Assembly (NCBI GenBank): GCA_948466095.1
Contig: CAOJZE010000002.1
Span: 1 to 35,826 of the forward strand
Source: an uncultured Clostridium sp.
GTDB taxonomy: Bacteria > Bacillota > Clostridia > TANB77 > CAG-508
DNA: 35,826 nucleotides
Reading direction: 5' to 3'
Position numbers and translations under genes: made by a program. Position 1 is the first letter of the stretch. The number at the start of each line of letters is the position of its first letter. Shown here in pieces: positions 27,056 through 35,047 of this stretch. The notes beneath the pieces were generated by a model that saw nothing but the letters and a program-made list of their open reading frames with translations, searched no databases and was not told the origin of the DNA.

Positions 27056-27086
27056 AAATGTAAATAAAAATAATAGAGGTGTGAAC

Positions 27087-27818
27087 ATGAATAAAGTAGC
27101 TATCGTAACAGGAGCATCTAGAGGAATCGGAAGAGAAATAGCCAAACAATTAGCCAAAAACAAAATACAAGTCATAGCCAATTACAACCAATCAGAAAAA
27201 GAAGCCATTCAATTAAAAGAAGAGCTAGAAAAAGAAAACATAGGAATAGATATCATGAAAGCAGACATAGCCAAAAAAGAAGAAGCCGCAAAACTAGTAC
27301 AATCTGTTTTAGAAAAATATCACAAAATAGACATTTTAATTAATAATGCAGGAATTAGTGAATATAAACTATTTACCGATGAAACAGAAGAAGACTGGAA
27401 CAGAGTCATCAATACCAATCTATATTCTGCTTTTATCATGTGCCAAGAAGTAATACCAAACATGATACATCATAAAGAAGGATGTATTATTAACATATCA
27501 TCTATATGGGGGATGGTAGGAGCCTCTTTAGAGGTATTATATTCTATTTCCAAAGCAGGGATGAATGGAATGACAAAAAGTCTAGCAAAAGAACTAGGAC
27601 CATCTAACATTAGAGTCAATGCTATTGCGCCAGGCACAATCCATACAGACATGGATTTGAATCTTAGTGAACAAGAATTAAAACAAATAGAAGAGGAAAT
27701 ACCACTTGGCAGGATGGGAGTTCCTAAAGATATAGCAAAATGTGTAAATTGGCTAATAGAGGACAACTATACAACGGGTCAAATTATTTCAGTTAATGGC
27801 GGATGGGTTATTACATAA
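27087..27818 (+). CDS. fabG: Short-chain dehydrogenase/reductase, 3-oxoacyl-ACP reductase (FabG)-like
   Basis: TGASRGIGREIA (TGxxxGIG), NNAGI, and the S...YSISKAG (YxxxK) catalytic motif. The ATG at 27087 follows AGAGGTG; the track's GTG at 27081 is unlikely. Confidence 0.8.
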   Translation: MNKVAIVTGASRGIGREIAKQLAKNKIQVIANYNQSEKEAIQLKEELEKENIGIDIMKADIAKKEEAAKLVQSVLEKYHKIDILINNAGISEYKLFTDETEEDWNRVINTNLYSAFIMCQEVIPNMIHHKEGCIINISSIWGMVGASLEVLYSISKAGMNGMTKSLAKELGPSNIRVNAIAPGTIHTDMDLNLSEQELKQIEEEIPLGRMGVPKDIAKCVNWLIEDNYTTGQIISVNGGWVIT

Positions 27819-27820
27819 AA

Positions 27821-27846
27821 AAAACGACGTAGAGTCGTTTTTTTAT
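27821..27846. terminator. Bidirectional rho-independent terminator between convergent genes
   Basis: AAAACGAC-gtagag-GTCGTTTT, flanked by A and T runs. Confidence 0.7.
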
Positions 27847-27852
27847 TTCTAT

Positions 27853-28326
27853 TTAATTTTCAGTATTTCTAATTTTTCTTTTATAATTTCCAGAAATTAT
27901 TTTTGGAAGATAAGTGATAATTTTATAAACAGCTAAGCGAACTTTCTTACTCCACAAATAAGACCTTCTTAATTTTTTAACAGAAGTCAAAGCTACTGTT
28001 TCATCTTCTAAAACTAAAAGTTCATTTTGAACCTTTTCTAATGGAAAAACGTAATTTTGACCATCATTATTATCCCAACAATTTTCTCCATTTTTAAAGC
28101 AGAAATTAAAAGTATCGCCTTCTCCTAATTCTATTTCTGCTTGAAATCCTAAATCTGTTTTTTCCATTTTTATATCGTTTACATTATCCCAATTCAAGCC
28201 GAAACCATAATGAATAGAAACTTCTTCAGAAGCTTCTTGGAAAAGTTTTCCGATATAAGATATTTTTACGGTACTATTTTCAACTAATTTATCTGTATTG
28301 AAAAATATGTTCTTGGTTAATTCCAT
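27853..28326 (-). CDS. Carbohydrate-binding-module-like protein (CBM53/starch-binding-like)
   Basis: VSIHYGFGLNWDNVNDIKMEKTDLGFQAEIELGEGDTFNFCFKNGENCWDNNDGQNYVF resembles CBM53-type modules. Confidence 0.5.
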   Translation of the reverse strand: MELTKNIFFNTDKLVENSTVKISYIGKLFQEASEEVSIHYGFGLNWDNVNDIKMEKTDLGFQAEIELGEGDTFNFCFKNGENCWDNNDGQNYVFPLEKVQNELLVLEDETVALTSVKKLRRSYLWSKKVRLAVYKIITYLPKIISGNYKRKIRNTEN

Positions 28327-28556
28327 CCCATTTTCTCTCCTTATTTATCTTTTGCTATCAACATTATAATATTAAATTTTACAATGTTCAAGTATTTTTG
28401 CAAAAAATCTAAAAAAAAACCAAAAATTTTGTCAAAAGGGAATAAAAAAAGATTAAAATCATAATATGAAATAGATCAATTTGCCAAAAGATAGTTGTCA
28501 AAAAATATACTTTATGATAATATTTAATTAGAACGATAAAAAGGGGAAATATTATT

Positions 28557-30494
28557 ATGGAAGGATTAATAAAAGAAAATTCGGAGGAAAAAAAGATGAA
28601 AAAACAAGAAGAAAAAACAGTTAGTAAAGAAGAATTAAAAACGGAACAAGACGTCAAACAAAGAGAAAAAGAAGACAAGAAGAAAAGTAAGAAATTCCAA
28701 AAAATGAAAAAAAAATCAAAAGAAACAGAAAAAGTTTTTAAAGATATGACAGTAGGCGAATATAAAAGAAGAAAATTATTAATTCCAGTAGTTACCACCA
28801 TTACTATAATAGTTGCCATTATTTTTTCAACTGTTTTTGCCTTTGCTAATTTTAAGAAGGAAAAAATTATAAGTGGTGTTTCTATTTCAGGGGTAGATGT
28901 TTCAGGATTATCACAAGAAGAAGCAAAAGCCAAGATAAGTGAACTGTATCAAGAAAATAAAGAAAAAGAAATTGCCATTCAATATGAAGATTATGAAACG
29001 ACACTAAATCCAACTCTAATGGAGGTAAACTACGATATTGAAAAAGCAGTAGAAGAAGCCTATTTAATTGGAAAAGAAGATAATATTTTTGTAAGCAATT
29101 ATAAAATTTTATTTACATTAATCGGGAAGAAAAATATAGATGTAAAAATGACATTAAATGAAGATGTTGCCAAGCAAAGCATAGAGGACATTGGGGTTAA
29201 TTTGCCAGGAACTATCATAGAATCTAGTCATGCTGTTGAAGAAGATGAACTAATTATAACCAAAGGAAAAGCAGGAATTGTAATCGACGCACAAGATTTG
29301 CTAAAACAAGTAAAAGACAAATTAAATGATAGAAATAGTAAGGAAGATTACATTAAGATACCAGTTAAGCAAAAAGACCCAGAACCGATTGATATTGATA
29401 AAATTCATGACGAAGTATATAAAGAGGTAAAAGATGCTTATTATACAAAAGACCCATTTACGATTTATCCAGAAGTAGAAGGAATAGACTTTGATGTAGA
29501 AGCGGCAAAAGAGTTATTAAAAGAAGAAAAAGAAGAATATGTCATTAAACTTACCATAACAAAACCAAAAGTAACCATTGACCAAATCGGTTCAGAAGCA
29601 TTTCCAGACCAGCTAGCAACTTTCACAACGAGATACGATGTAAGTGATAGAGATAGAACAACAAATTTGGAAATTGCTTGCCAAAAGATAAACGGAAAAG
29701 TAGTATTGGTAGGAGATACATTTTCTTATAATCAAACACTAGGACCAAGAACCATAGCGGCTGGTTATAAAAACGGAAAGATATATGAGGGAGGAGAAAT
29801 TGTTGACGGAATTGGAGGAGGTATTTGCCAAATATCATCTACTTTATACAATACGGTTTTAATGTCTAATTTAGAGATTGTAGAAAGAAGAAATCATCAA
29901 TTTGTTACTTCATATCTACCAGCAGGAAGAGATGCAACCGTTGTATATGGAGCAATCGATTTCAAATTTAAAAACACAAGAAAATTCCCTGTCAGAATTT
30001 CAGCTAGTGCTAAAAACGGAATTGCAACAGTATCCATGTTTGGTTTTAAAGAAGAAAATGAATATACCTTTAGTTTTAACACAAAAACAATTGCATCCAT
30101 TCCATTTACCACTAAATACGAAGAAGATGCTACACTAGAAGCGGGAACAGAAAAAATAAAGAAAAAGGGTGTTAATGGTTTAAAAACAGAAACGTATATC
30201 ACTAAGATGTTAAATGGAAAAGTAGTATCTAGTACATTGCTTTCAAAAGATACCTACGATGCTATGAACAGAGTTATCATAAAATCGACGAAGAAAGAAG
30301 CTCCTCAAACAGAGCAACCTACAACACCGAATCCAAATCCTAATACTACCAATAATCAGCCTAATGGGACAACAGTAAAGCCATCTGTATCACCTGATAA
30401 AAAAACGCCACAAAACAACTCTGTAGAAAAACCAAATTCGAATACGAATCAGAATAAAGAAAATAACAAACCAAAAGAAAACGTAAAGAATTAA
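28557..30494 (+). CDS. VanW-family protein with an N-terminal TM anchor, a G5-like domain and a P/N/T-rich tail
   Basis: The VanW core motif GGGICQISSTLYN..., then EAGTEKIKKKGVNGLKTETY (G5-like), with a K/E-rich N-terminus and a TM segment. Confidence 0.75.
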   Translation: MEGLIKENSEEKKMKKQEEKTVSKEELKTEQDVKQREKEDKKKSKKFQKMKKKSKETEKVFKDMTVGEYKRRKLLIPVVTTITIIVAIIFSTVFAFANFKKEKIISGVSISGVDVSGLSQEEAKAKISELYQENKEKEIAIQYEDYETTLNPTLMEVNYDIEKAVEEAYLIGKEDNIFVSNYKILFTLIGKKNIDVKMTLNEDVAKQSIEDIGVNLPGTIIESSHAVEEDELIITKGKAGIVIDAQDLLKQVKDKLNDRNSKEDYIKIPVKQKDPEPIDIDKIHDEVYKEVKDAYYTKDPFTIYPEVEGIDFDVEAAKELLKEEKEEYVIKLTITKPKVTIDQIGSEAFPDQLATFTTRYDVSDRDRTTNLEIACQKINGKVVLVGDTFSYNQTLGPRTIAAGYKNGKIYEGGEIVDGIGGGICQISSTLYNTVLMSNLEIVERRNHQFVTSYLPAGRDATVVYGAIDFKFKNTRKFPVRISASAKNGIATVSMFGFKEENEYTFSFNTKTIASIPFTTKYEEDATLEAGTEKIKKKGVNGLKTETYITKMLNGKVVSSTLLSKDTYDAMNRVIIKSTKKEAPQTEQPTTPNPNPNTTNNQPNGTTVKPSVSPDKKTPQNNSVEKPNSNTNQNKENNKPKENVKN

Positions 30495-30501
30495 AACAAT
30501 A

Positions 30502-30557
30502 AAAACCTTTAGAAAAAGTTACTGTATTCAAATAGTAATGAAATTCTAAAGGTTTTT
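30502..30557 (+). terminator. Terminator hairpin after the VanW-family gene
   Basis: AAAACCTTTAGAA ... TTCTAAAGGTTTT, followed by T. Confidence 0.55.
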
Positions 30558-30572
30558 AAAGTGAAAAATGTC

Positions 30573-30601
30573 TTGACAAGAAAGAGAAAAGATAATATAA
30601 T
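30573..30601 (+). promoter_or_regulatory. Consensus sigma-A promoter TTGACA-17-TATAAT for tRNA-Lys
   Basis: TTGACA at 30573-30578, TATAAT at 30596-30601, about 25 nt upstream of the tRNA. Confidence 0.7.
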
Positions 30602-30625
30602 TAGAAAAGTTTGAAATACATATAA

Positions 30626-30701
30626 GGGCCATTAGCTCAGTTGGTAGAGCAGCAGACTCTTAATCTGACGGTCGGAGGTTCGAATCCTCTATGGCTCACC
30701 A
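30626..30701 (+). tRNA. tRNA-Lys (anticodon CTT), CCA encoded
   Basis: Cloverleaf: acceptor GGGCCAT/ATGGCTC, D arm GCTC/GAGC, anticodon loop CTCTTAA, variable CGGTC, T arm GGAGG-TTCGAAT-CCTCT, discriminator A, then CCA. Confidence 0.9.
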
Positions 30702-30702
30702 A

Positions 30703-30737
30703 AAAACCTATATAAAGTTAAATTTATATAGGTTTTT
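30703..30737. terminator. Bidirectional terminator (end of the tRNA, and end of the minus-strand RiPP-like operon)
   Basis: AAAACCTATATAAA-gtta-AATTTATATAGGTTTTT. Confidence 0.7.
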
Positions 30738-30741
30738 ATCA

Positions 30742-31878
30742 TTACTTTATTCCTAATTTTTGATAAATATCCTTAATATTCTGTATTTCTTGTTTATCAG
30801 CTTCTTGAATCAACTTTATAGTAGTAAATCTTGTTTTTAAAGAGTTTTCTTTTGAAAAAACATCTTTACCAATTCTAGTTATCCACATAGCAGGCAACAA
30901 AAGTGGAACCTTTTTTAAAACAGGGAACTTTTCTTGCATAATTTCCATATTAGGAAATAATAATTGAAGCAAAAACTTAAATTTTCCATCATTTTCTCCA
31001 ATCGAATAATTGACTCTATTCATAAGATTGCTACCCTTTAGGATAAAAGACTCTATCTCATCAAAATCATCCATTTTGTCTGTTCCAAACCATTTATAAG
31101 CTATATTTTTAATATTTTGGGCAAAATCTTGTATGCCAAAATCCCTAAATATTTTATCCAACAAATCATAATTTAAAGTATCCTTATAAGTTTCAAGATA
31201 TAAATACACATCTAAAATATCTTTGGCTTTAATTCCAGTAAATTTAAAATGTGTTAACAAATGAAGAATACAAAATACATAAGCATGATTGGTATCTAAT
31301 TGATAAATATTTTCATAATTCTGATATTTGACACATAAAGGCCAAATATCATTAAAATACTCATATCCTATCACATCTTTTTTTAAAATCAGTTTCCTAT
31401 GTAATTCTACAATAATAAAAGGGTCTTTGGTAAAAATCAAATGTTTTTCGTAGTTATAATATTTTTGATACCCCATACTTTTCATGATTTTTGATGCCTT
31501 TTTAAAATCGTCATGCTCAACTAAAATATCAATATCACACATTTGTCTCATATAATTTTGAGGATAAATATCTTTTATGACAGCCCCTTTTACGATTAAT
31601 GTTTTGATATGATTTTCCTCAAATGCATTTAATATTTTTTCGATTTCAATCGTTTGATTCGTATCTTTTACAATTTGAGCACTATAATCTTGTGCTATTT
31701 GATTTCGTATGGCTTCGGATTTACTATTTTTTTGAGCCCAGTTTTCTAAAAAATTACTAAGTTGATTCACTTTTGCTAATTGGTATAGCTTTTTTTCTTC
31801 TATATCATAATCTAGGGTACAATCTTTTTCTAATAAAAAACATTTTACAATTTCTAATAAACTTTTAGCTTCCTTCAT
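30742..31878 (-). CDS. Nucleotidyltransferase-family protein (NTP_transf_5 / PF14907-like)
   Basis: 378 aa. MCDIDILVEHDDF is an NTase acidic motif. It overlaps the stop of the ABC gene by 14 nt. Confidence 0.6.
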   Translation of the reverse strand: MKEAKSLLEIVKCFLLEKDCTLDYDIEEKKLYQLAKVNQLSNFLENWAQKNSKSEAIRNQIAQDYSAQIVKDTNQTIEIEKILNAFEENHIKTLIVKGAVIKDIYPQNYMRQMCDIDILVEHDDFKKASKIMKSMGYQKYYNYEKHLIFTKDPFIIVELHRKLILKKDVIGYEYFNDIWPLCVKYQNYENIYQLDTNHAYVFCILHLLTHFKFTGIKAKDILDVYLYLETYKDTLNYDLLDKIFRDFGIQDFAQNIKNIAYKWFGTDKMDDFDEIESFILKGSNLMNRVNYSIGENDGKFKFLLQLLFPNMEIMQEKFPVLKKVPLLLPAMWITRIGKDVFSKENSLKTRFTTIKLIQEADKQEIQNIKDIYQKLGIK

Positions 31879-33544
31879 TTGTTTTATCCTTTTCTCTTAT
31901 ATTTTTATCTTCTACGATATACTCTTTATCACAAAGTTTGGACACGCTGTTTCGATGGGTAACAATAATACAAGTGATATCTTTCATATTTTTTATATTT
32001 TGAATGACAGCTTCCTCCGTTTTGCTGTCTAAGCTAGAGGTAATCTCATCTAAAATTAGAATAGGAGCTTTACTAGCAATAGCTCTTGCAATCGCAATTC
32101 TTTGTAGTTGTCCTTCTGACAGTCCTCTACCTCTTTCCCCAATTTTTGTATCTAATCCATGCTCTAACTGGTCAATAAAAGATTTACAACAGCTTATCTC
32201 TAGTGCCTTATCTAAATCATCATTAGAAATATTTGGATTAACAAAAGTTATATTTTCTCGAATGCTACCACTTAAAATTAATTTCCCTTGTGGTACATAA
32301 GAAAACATATTTCTGGTATCTACATGAATGGGTTGTTTGTTACCATCTTTTAATTTAAAATAAATATGTCCAGTATCATTTTTGATAATTCCTAAAATTA
32401 ATTTTAATAAAGTACTTTTTCCAATTCCAGATTCTCCATAGATAACAATGTTTTCGCCTTTTGTTACTGTTAAATTAATTTGTTTGAAAATTTTCTTATT
32501 TTTATAAGTGAAATCAACATTTTCTACGACAATGCTATCTAAATTATCATATAATTGATTACTATCTATTTCATCTACGATAACGTCTTTTTCAATATTT
32601 TCTAGTTCTATGATTCTTTCTGCGGAACCTATCATATTAAATATATTTTGAACACATCGAGAAAGACTGATAATGGGAACTTGGATTTGTGTTACTAATT
32701 GAACAATTGAGGTAAGTCCCCCTACGGTAATGTTTTTCTTAAATAAATGGTAAGCACTCCATACTAACGCATAAATGTAGACGATTTGAAAAATTGTGTT
32801 TAGTCCGGTATGGGATGCAATGGATAAGCTTCTTTGTTTCATTTGAATATCATATTTTTTATGTTGTAATTCGTCACATTTTTTTAAAATAGGGTTTTCC
32901 GCCTGAAAGATTTTAATGACAAGAATATTTTCGAATACCTCCTTAAAAAATAAACGAACATTACCATTTGCTTCTTGTACTTTTTTATGAATGTTTTTTA
33001 AGTATGGTTTCAATAAATTAATGACAACAAATAAAAAAATACCACCTAGTAATAAAATTCCCACAAATTGCTGGCTAATCTGAAATAACAAGATAATGGC
33101 ACAAATAAGACTGGTAATCATAGATAATATACTAGGAATTAAGGAGACTAACGTATCGATGATAATGTCAACGTCTGAAACAATACGAGTCATTAAGTCT
33201 CCACTATGAAATTTGGTTATTTTTTCGTAATTTCGTTTTAAGATAGTTTCCAATATGTTTTGCTTGAAATTCATTTCTAATTTGGCTCTTGTAACAGCAT
33301 CAATAGAAGCTAGTATGGCTCTTAAGGTAATGGCTAAGATGGCTACCAAAATTAATTGCATGATATAGGCTTTTAATTTTGTACTAGTACCATTTGTTGC
33401 GGCATCAATTAGATTTTTAGAGATTAATATGGAATATATGCTTAAAAACGAGTATATGATATTGATTATGTTTAATAATATAAAGTTTAGAAGATTTGAT
33501 TTTGTTTTATTAAAAATCCATTTTATGGTTTTGGTATCTTTCAA
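31865..33544 (-). CDS. ABC exporter, fused permease and ATPase (no C39 peptidase domain)
   Basis: Six-TM N-terminal half. Walker A GESGIGKST, signature LSEGQLQR, Walker B ILILDE. Confidence 0.85.
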   Translation of the reverse strand: MKDTKTIKWIFNKTKSNLLNFILLNIINIIYSFLSIYSILISKNLIDAATNGTSTKLKAYIMQLILVAILAITLRAILASIDAVTRAKLEMNFKQNILETILKRNYEKITKFHSGDLMTRIVSDVDIIIDTLVSLIPSILSMITSLICAIILLFQISQQFVGILLLGGIFLFVVINLLKPYLKNIHKKVQEANGNVRLFFKEVFENILVIKIFQAENPILKKCDELQHKKYDIQMKQRSLSIASHTGLNTIFQIVYIYALVWSAYHLFKKNITVGGLTSIVQLVTQIQVPIISLSRCVQNIFNMIGSAERIIELENIEKDVIVDEIDSNQLYDNLDSIVVENVDFTYKNKKIFKQINLTVTKGENIVIYGESGIGKSTLLKLILGIIKNDTGHIYFKLKDGNKQPIHVDTRNMFSYVPQGKLILSGSIRENITFVNPNISNDDLDKALEISCCKSFIDQLEHGLDTKIGERGRGLSEGQLQRIAIARAIASKAPILILDEITSSLDSKTEEAVIQNIKNMKDITCIIVTHRNSVSKLCDKEYIVEDKNIREKDKTNEGS

Positions 33545-33579
33545 TTTTCTAATCCTTTCATTTACATTATCATTTGTTG

Positions 33580-33846
33580 CTATTCTTCAATCAGATTAAA
33601 AGATTTTAATTTATTGATAAATTTCTCTACATCTCCTTTAATCGTATTGATGTCAGTATTATATTTTTTTGATAACTTGTCTGTAATTTCTTCTATAGTT
33701 GTATTTTCTTGTAAGAGGTCCCATACAAATTTGGAAGAATCCGTTAATTGTATCATTCCTTGAAATTCGTTTACTAATTTACCTGTAGGAACAGCAACAA
33801 TGGTGTCTGCAATTTCTCTGGTTACAAATCCTTCTTTAATTTTCAT
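33580..33846 (-). CDS. PqqD-family protein (RiPP recognition element)
   Basis: 88 aa. FVTREIADTIVAVP...LTDSSKFVWDLLQENTTIEEITDKLSKKYN...DVEKFINKLKSFNLIE is the typical PqqD/RRE pattern. It overlaps the kinase gene's stop by 11 nt. Confidence 0.75.
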   Translation of the reverse strand: MKIKEGFVTREIADTIVAVPTGKLVNEFQGMIQLTDSSKFVWDLLQENTTIEEITDKLSKKYNTDINTIKGDVEKFINKLKSFNLIEE

Positions 33847-34555
33847 TGGTATCGACTCCTCTCATGATATTATAGGATAATTTTACTGCTTCTTCGCTTA
33901 TATTACAGCATAATTTATAAATAGGAATTTCTTTTAATATAATATCTATAATATCCAATAATTTCAACATTTGTTCTTTTGTTAGTCTTTTTACTGTTTG
34001 TTCAAAAAATAAAGGAACTGCTTCTTTTGGCTCTATTTTTTTGATAGAGTTTTTTGTTGCTTGCTCAATAAAACAAATTCCTTTTATTTTTGCTCTGGTG
34101 TTTTTACTGATATCATGTTTTCCTGAAAAAGGTGTGCCATAAGCATAAATACCATCTTCCATAATTCTAATAGCAGGTTTATCATCATTCAATATGTATG
34201 GATTTTTTTCACTTAGATATTTTAACCATAAGGATGTATGGGTAGATTTTCCAGTTCCGCAATTGGCAGAAAATAGATAGGCTTCATCATCGATTACAAC
34301 TGCTGATGCATGTAGAAGACATCCGCTGTAATTTAGTAAACCTTTATAAAAAGTAGTTCCCATGATCATGTATTCTGCAAGGTCATCTGATAGTAGTTCA
34401 TCAAATTTTTGCTCTTTCTGGATTGCTTCGTCTCTAACGGTAATTCTAAAGTCTCTTTCTGTATTTTCGTCATAGATATATTTTTGGGATCTTTTTTTTG
34501 TTGTATCAAATTTAGCATTGAATTCTACGATTAGGTCTGCTATTTTATATTTCAT
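33836..34555 (-). CDS. HPr-kinase-related P-loop kinase
   Basis: 239 aa. LHASAVVIDDEAYLFSANCGTGKSTHTSLW resembles the HprK C-terminal domain P-loop, as in lasso-peptide kinases and the HprK-related kinase A/B families. Confidence 0.65.
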   Translation of the reverse strand: MKYKIADLIVEFNAKFDTTKKRSQKYIYDENTERDFRITVRDEAIQKEQKFDELLSDDLAEYMIMGTTFYKGLLNYSGCLLHASAVVIDDEAYLFSANCGTGKSTHTSLWLKYLSEKNPYILNDDKPAIRIMEDGIYAYGTPFSGKHDISKNTRAKIKGICFIEQATKNSIKKIEPKEAVPLFFEQTVKRLTKEQMLKLLDIIDIILKEIPIYKLCCNISEEAVKLSYNIMRGVDTNEN

Positions 34556-34654
34556 ATTTACCTCTTTTGAATTTTTTATTTTATTTCTTATTTATTTTAC
34601 TATATAATGCTTCTGTTTGTCTATCTTTTCTTTGATTTTTACTATTTATTTTAT

Positions 34655-34685
34655 AGAAAAATGAGACAGAGCTTTACTCTATCTC
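34655..34685 (-). terminator. Leaky terminator/attenuator hairpin between the precursor ORF and the modification genes
   Basis: Minus strand: GAGATAGAG-taaag-CTCTGTCTC (one mismatch), followed by ATTTTTCT. Confidence 0.5.
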
Positions 34686-34708
34686 AAGTGATTTGTAAAA
34701 TTATCAAT

Positions 34709-34819
34709 TTAGTCTAAATCGCCACTTCCATAATTGTCTTCACGGCTTGGTGTTGATTTTGCATTAGATGCTATCATTGGTAGAATTACTGAATCTAAGC
34801 CATCATAATTTGTTCCCAT
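34709..34819 (-). CDS. Candidate RiPP precursor peptide, 36 aa: MGTNYDGLDSVILPMIASNAKSTPSREDNYGSGDLD
   Basis: Not in the ORF track because it is too short. The ATG is 8 nt after AGGAGG. It is the first gene behind a perfect promoter and lies directly upstream of the kinase/PqqD/ABC/NTase genes. Confidence 0.65.
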   Translation of the reverse strand: MGTNYDGLDSVILPMIASNAKSTPSREDNYGSGDLD

Positions 34820-34856
34820 TTATATTACCTCCTAATTTTACTAATCCTATATTTAT

Positions 34857-34885
34857 ATTATAACAAAAGCAACTCATTTTGTCAA
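34857..34885 (-). promoter_or_regulatory. Perfect sigma-A promoter TTGACA-17-TGtTATAAT driving the RiPP-like operon
   Basis: Minus strand: TTGACA (34885-34880), a 17-nt spacer ending in TGT, TATAAT (34862-34857). Confidence 0.7.
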
Positions 34886-34892
34886 CTGATTT

Positions 34893-34907
34893 ATGTAAAA
34901 TTTACAT
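34893..34907. promoter_or_regulatory. Palindromic operator-like site ATGTAAA-A-TTTACAT just upstream of the -35 box
   Basis: Perfect 7-bp arms, 7 bp from the -35 hexamer. Confidence 0.4.
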
Positions 34908-34961
34908 TTTTTCCTTTGGCTTCAAGCGTTTTGAGGTTATGTACAAGAAATGTAAAACCCA

Positions 34962-34985
34962 AAAAGCAGGAAAGACCTGCTTTTA
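34962..34985. terminator. Terminator hairpin after the upstream surface-protein gene
   Basis: AAAGCAGG-aaagac-CCTGCTTTT. Confidence 0.6.
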
Positions 34986-35047
34986 GGTTTATATATGAAA
35001 TGAATTAACTCTGTCGCCTACACAGTAAGTGTAGGAGTGGTGGTCTG

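Larger units (their letters stand above)
25130..27072. mobile_element. Remnant of a second, related integrated element nested in the 5' end of the fabG-like gene
   Basis: Bounded by the duplicated fabG 5' segments. Contains a rep pseudogene remnant and copies B and C of the element-end module. Confidence 0.45.

Noticed and set aside
27081-27086. GTG start at 27081 for the fabG-like gene (track translation MNMNKV...)
   Set aside because: The GTG lies inside the Shine-Dalgarno sequence AGAGGTG. The ATG at 27087 has proper spacing and matches the duplicated copy, which starts MNK.
28409-28933. 174-aa minus-strand ORF overlapping the VanW-family gene start
   Set aside because: It is antisense to a well-supported CDS and to its promoter region. 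The sequence is low-complexity F/S/L-rich, typical of the reverse frame of K/E-rich coding DNA, and it has no RBS.
30742-34819. Lasso-peptide biosynthetic cluster
   Set aside because: The kinase, PqqD, NTase and ABC genes are lasso-associated families. However, the transcription unit is bounded by a promoter and a terminator and contains no Asn-synthetase-like cyclase and no transglutaminase-like B2 protease. The peptide also lacks the YxxPxL...T leader pattern.
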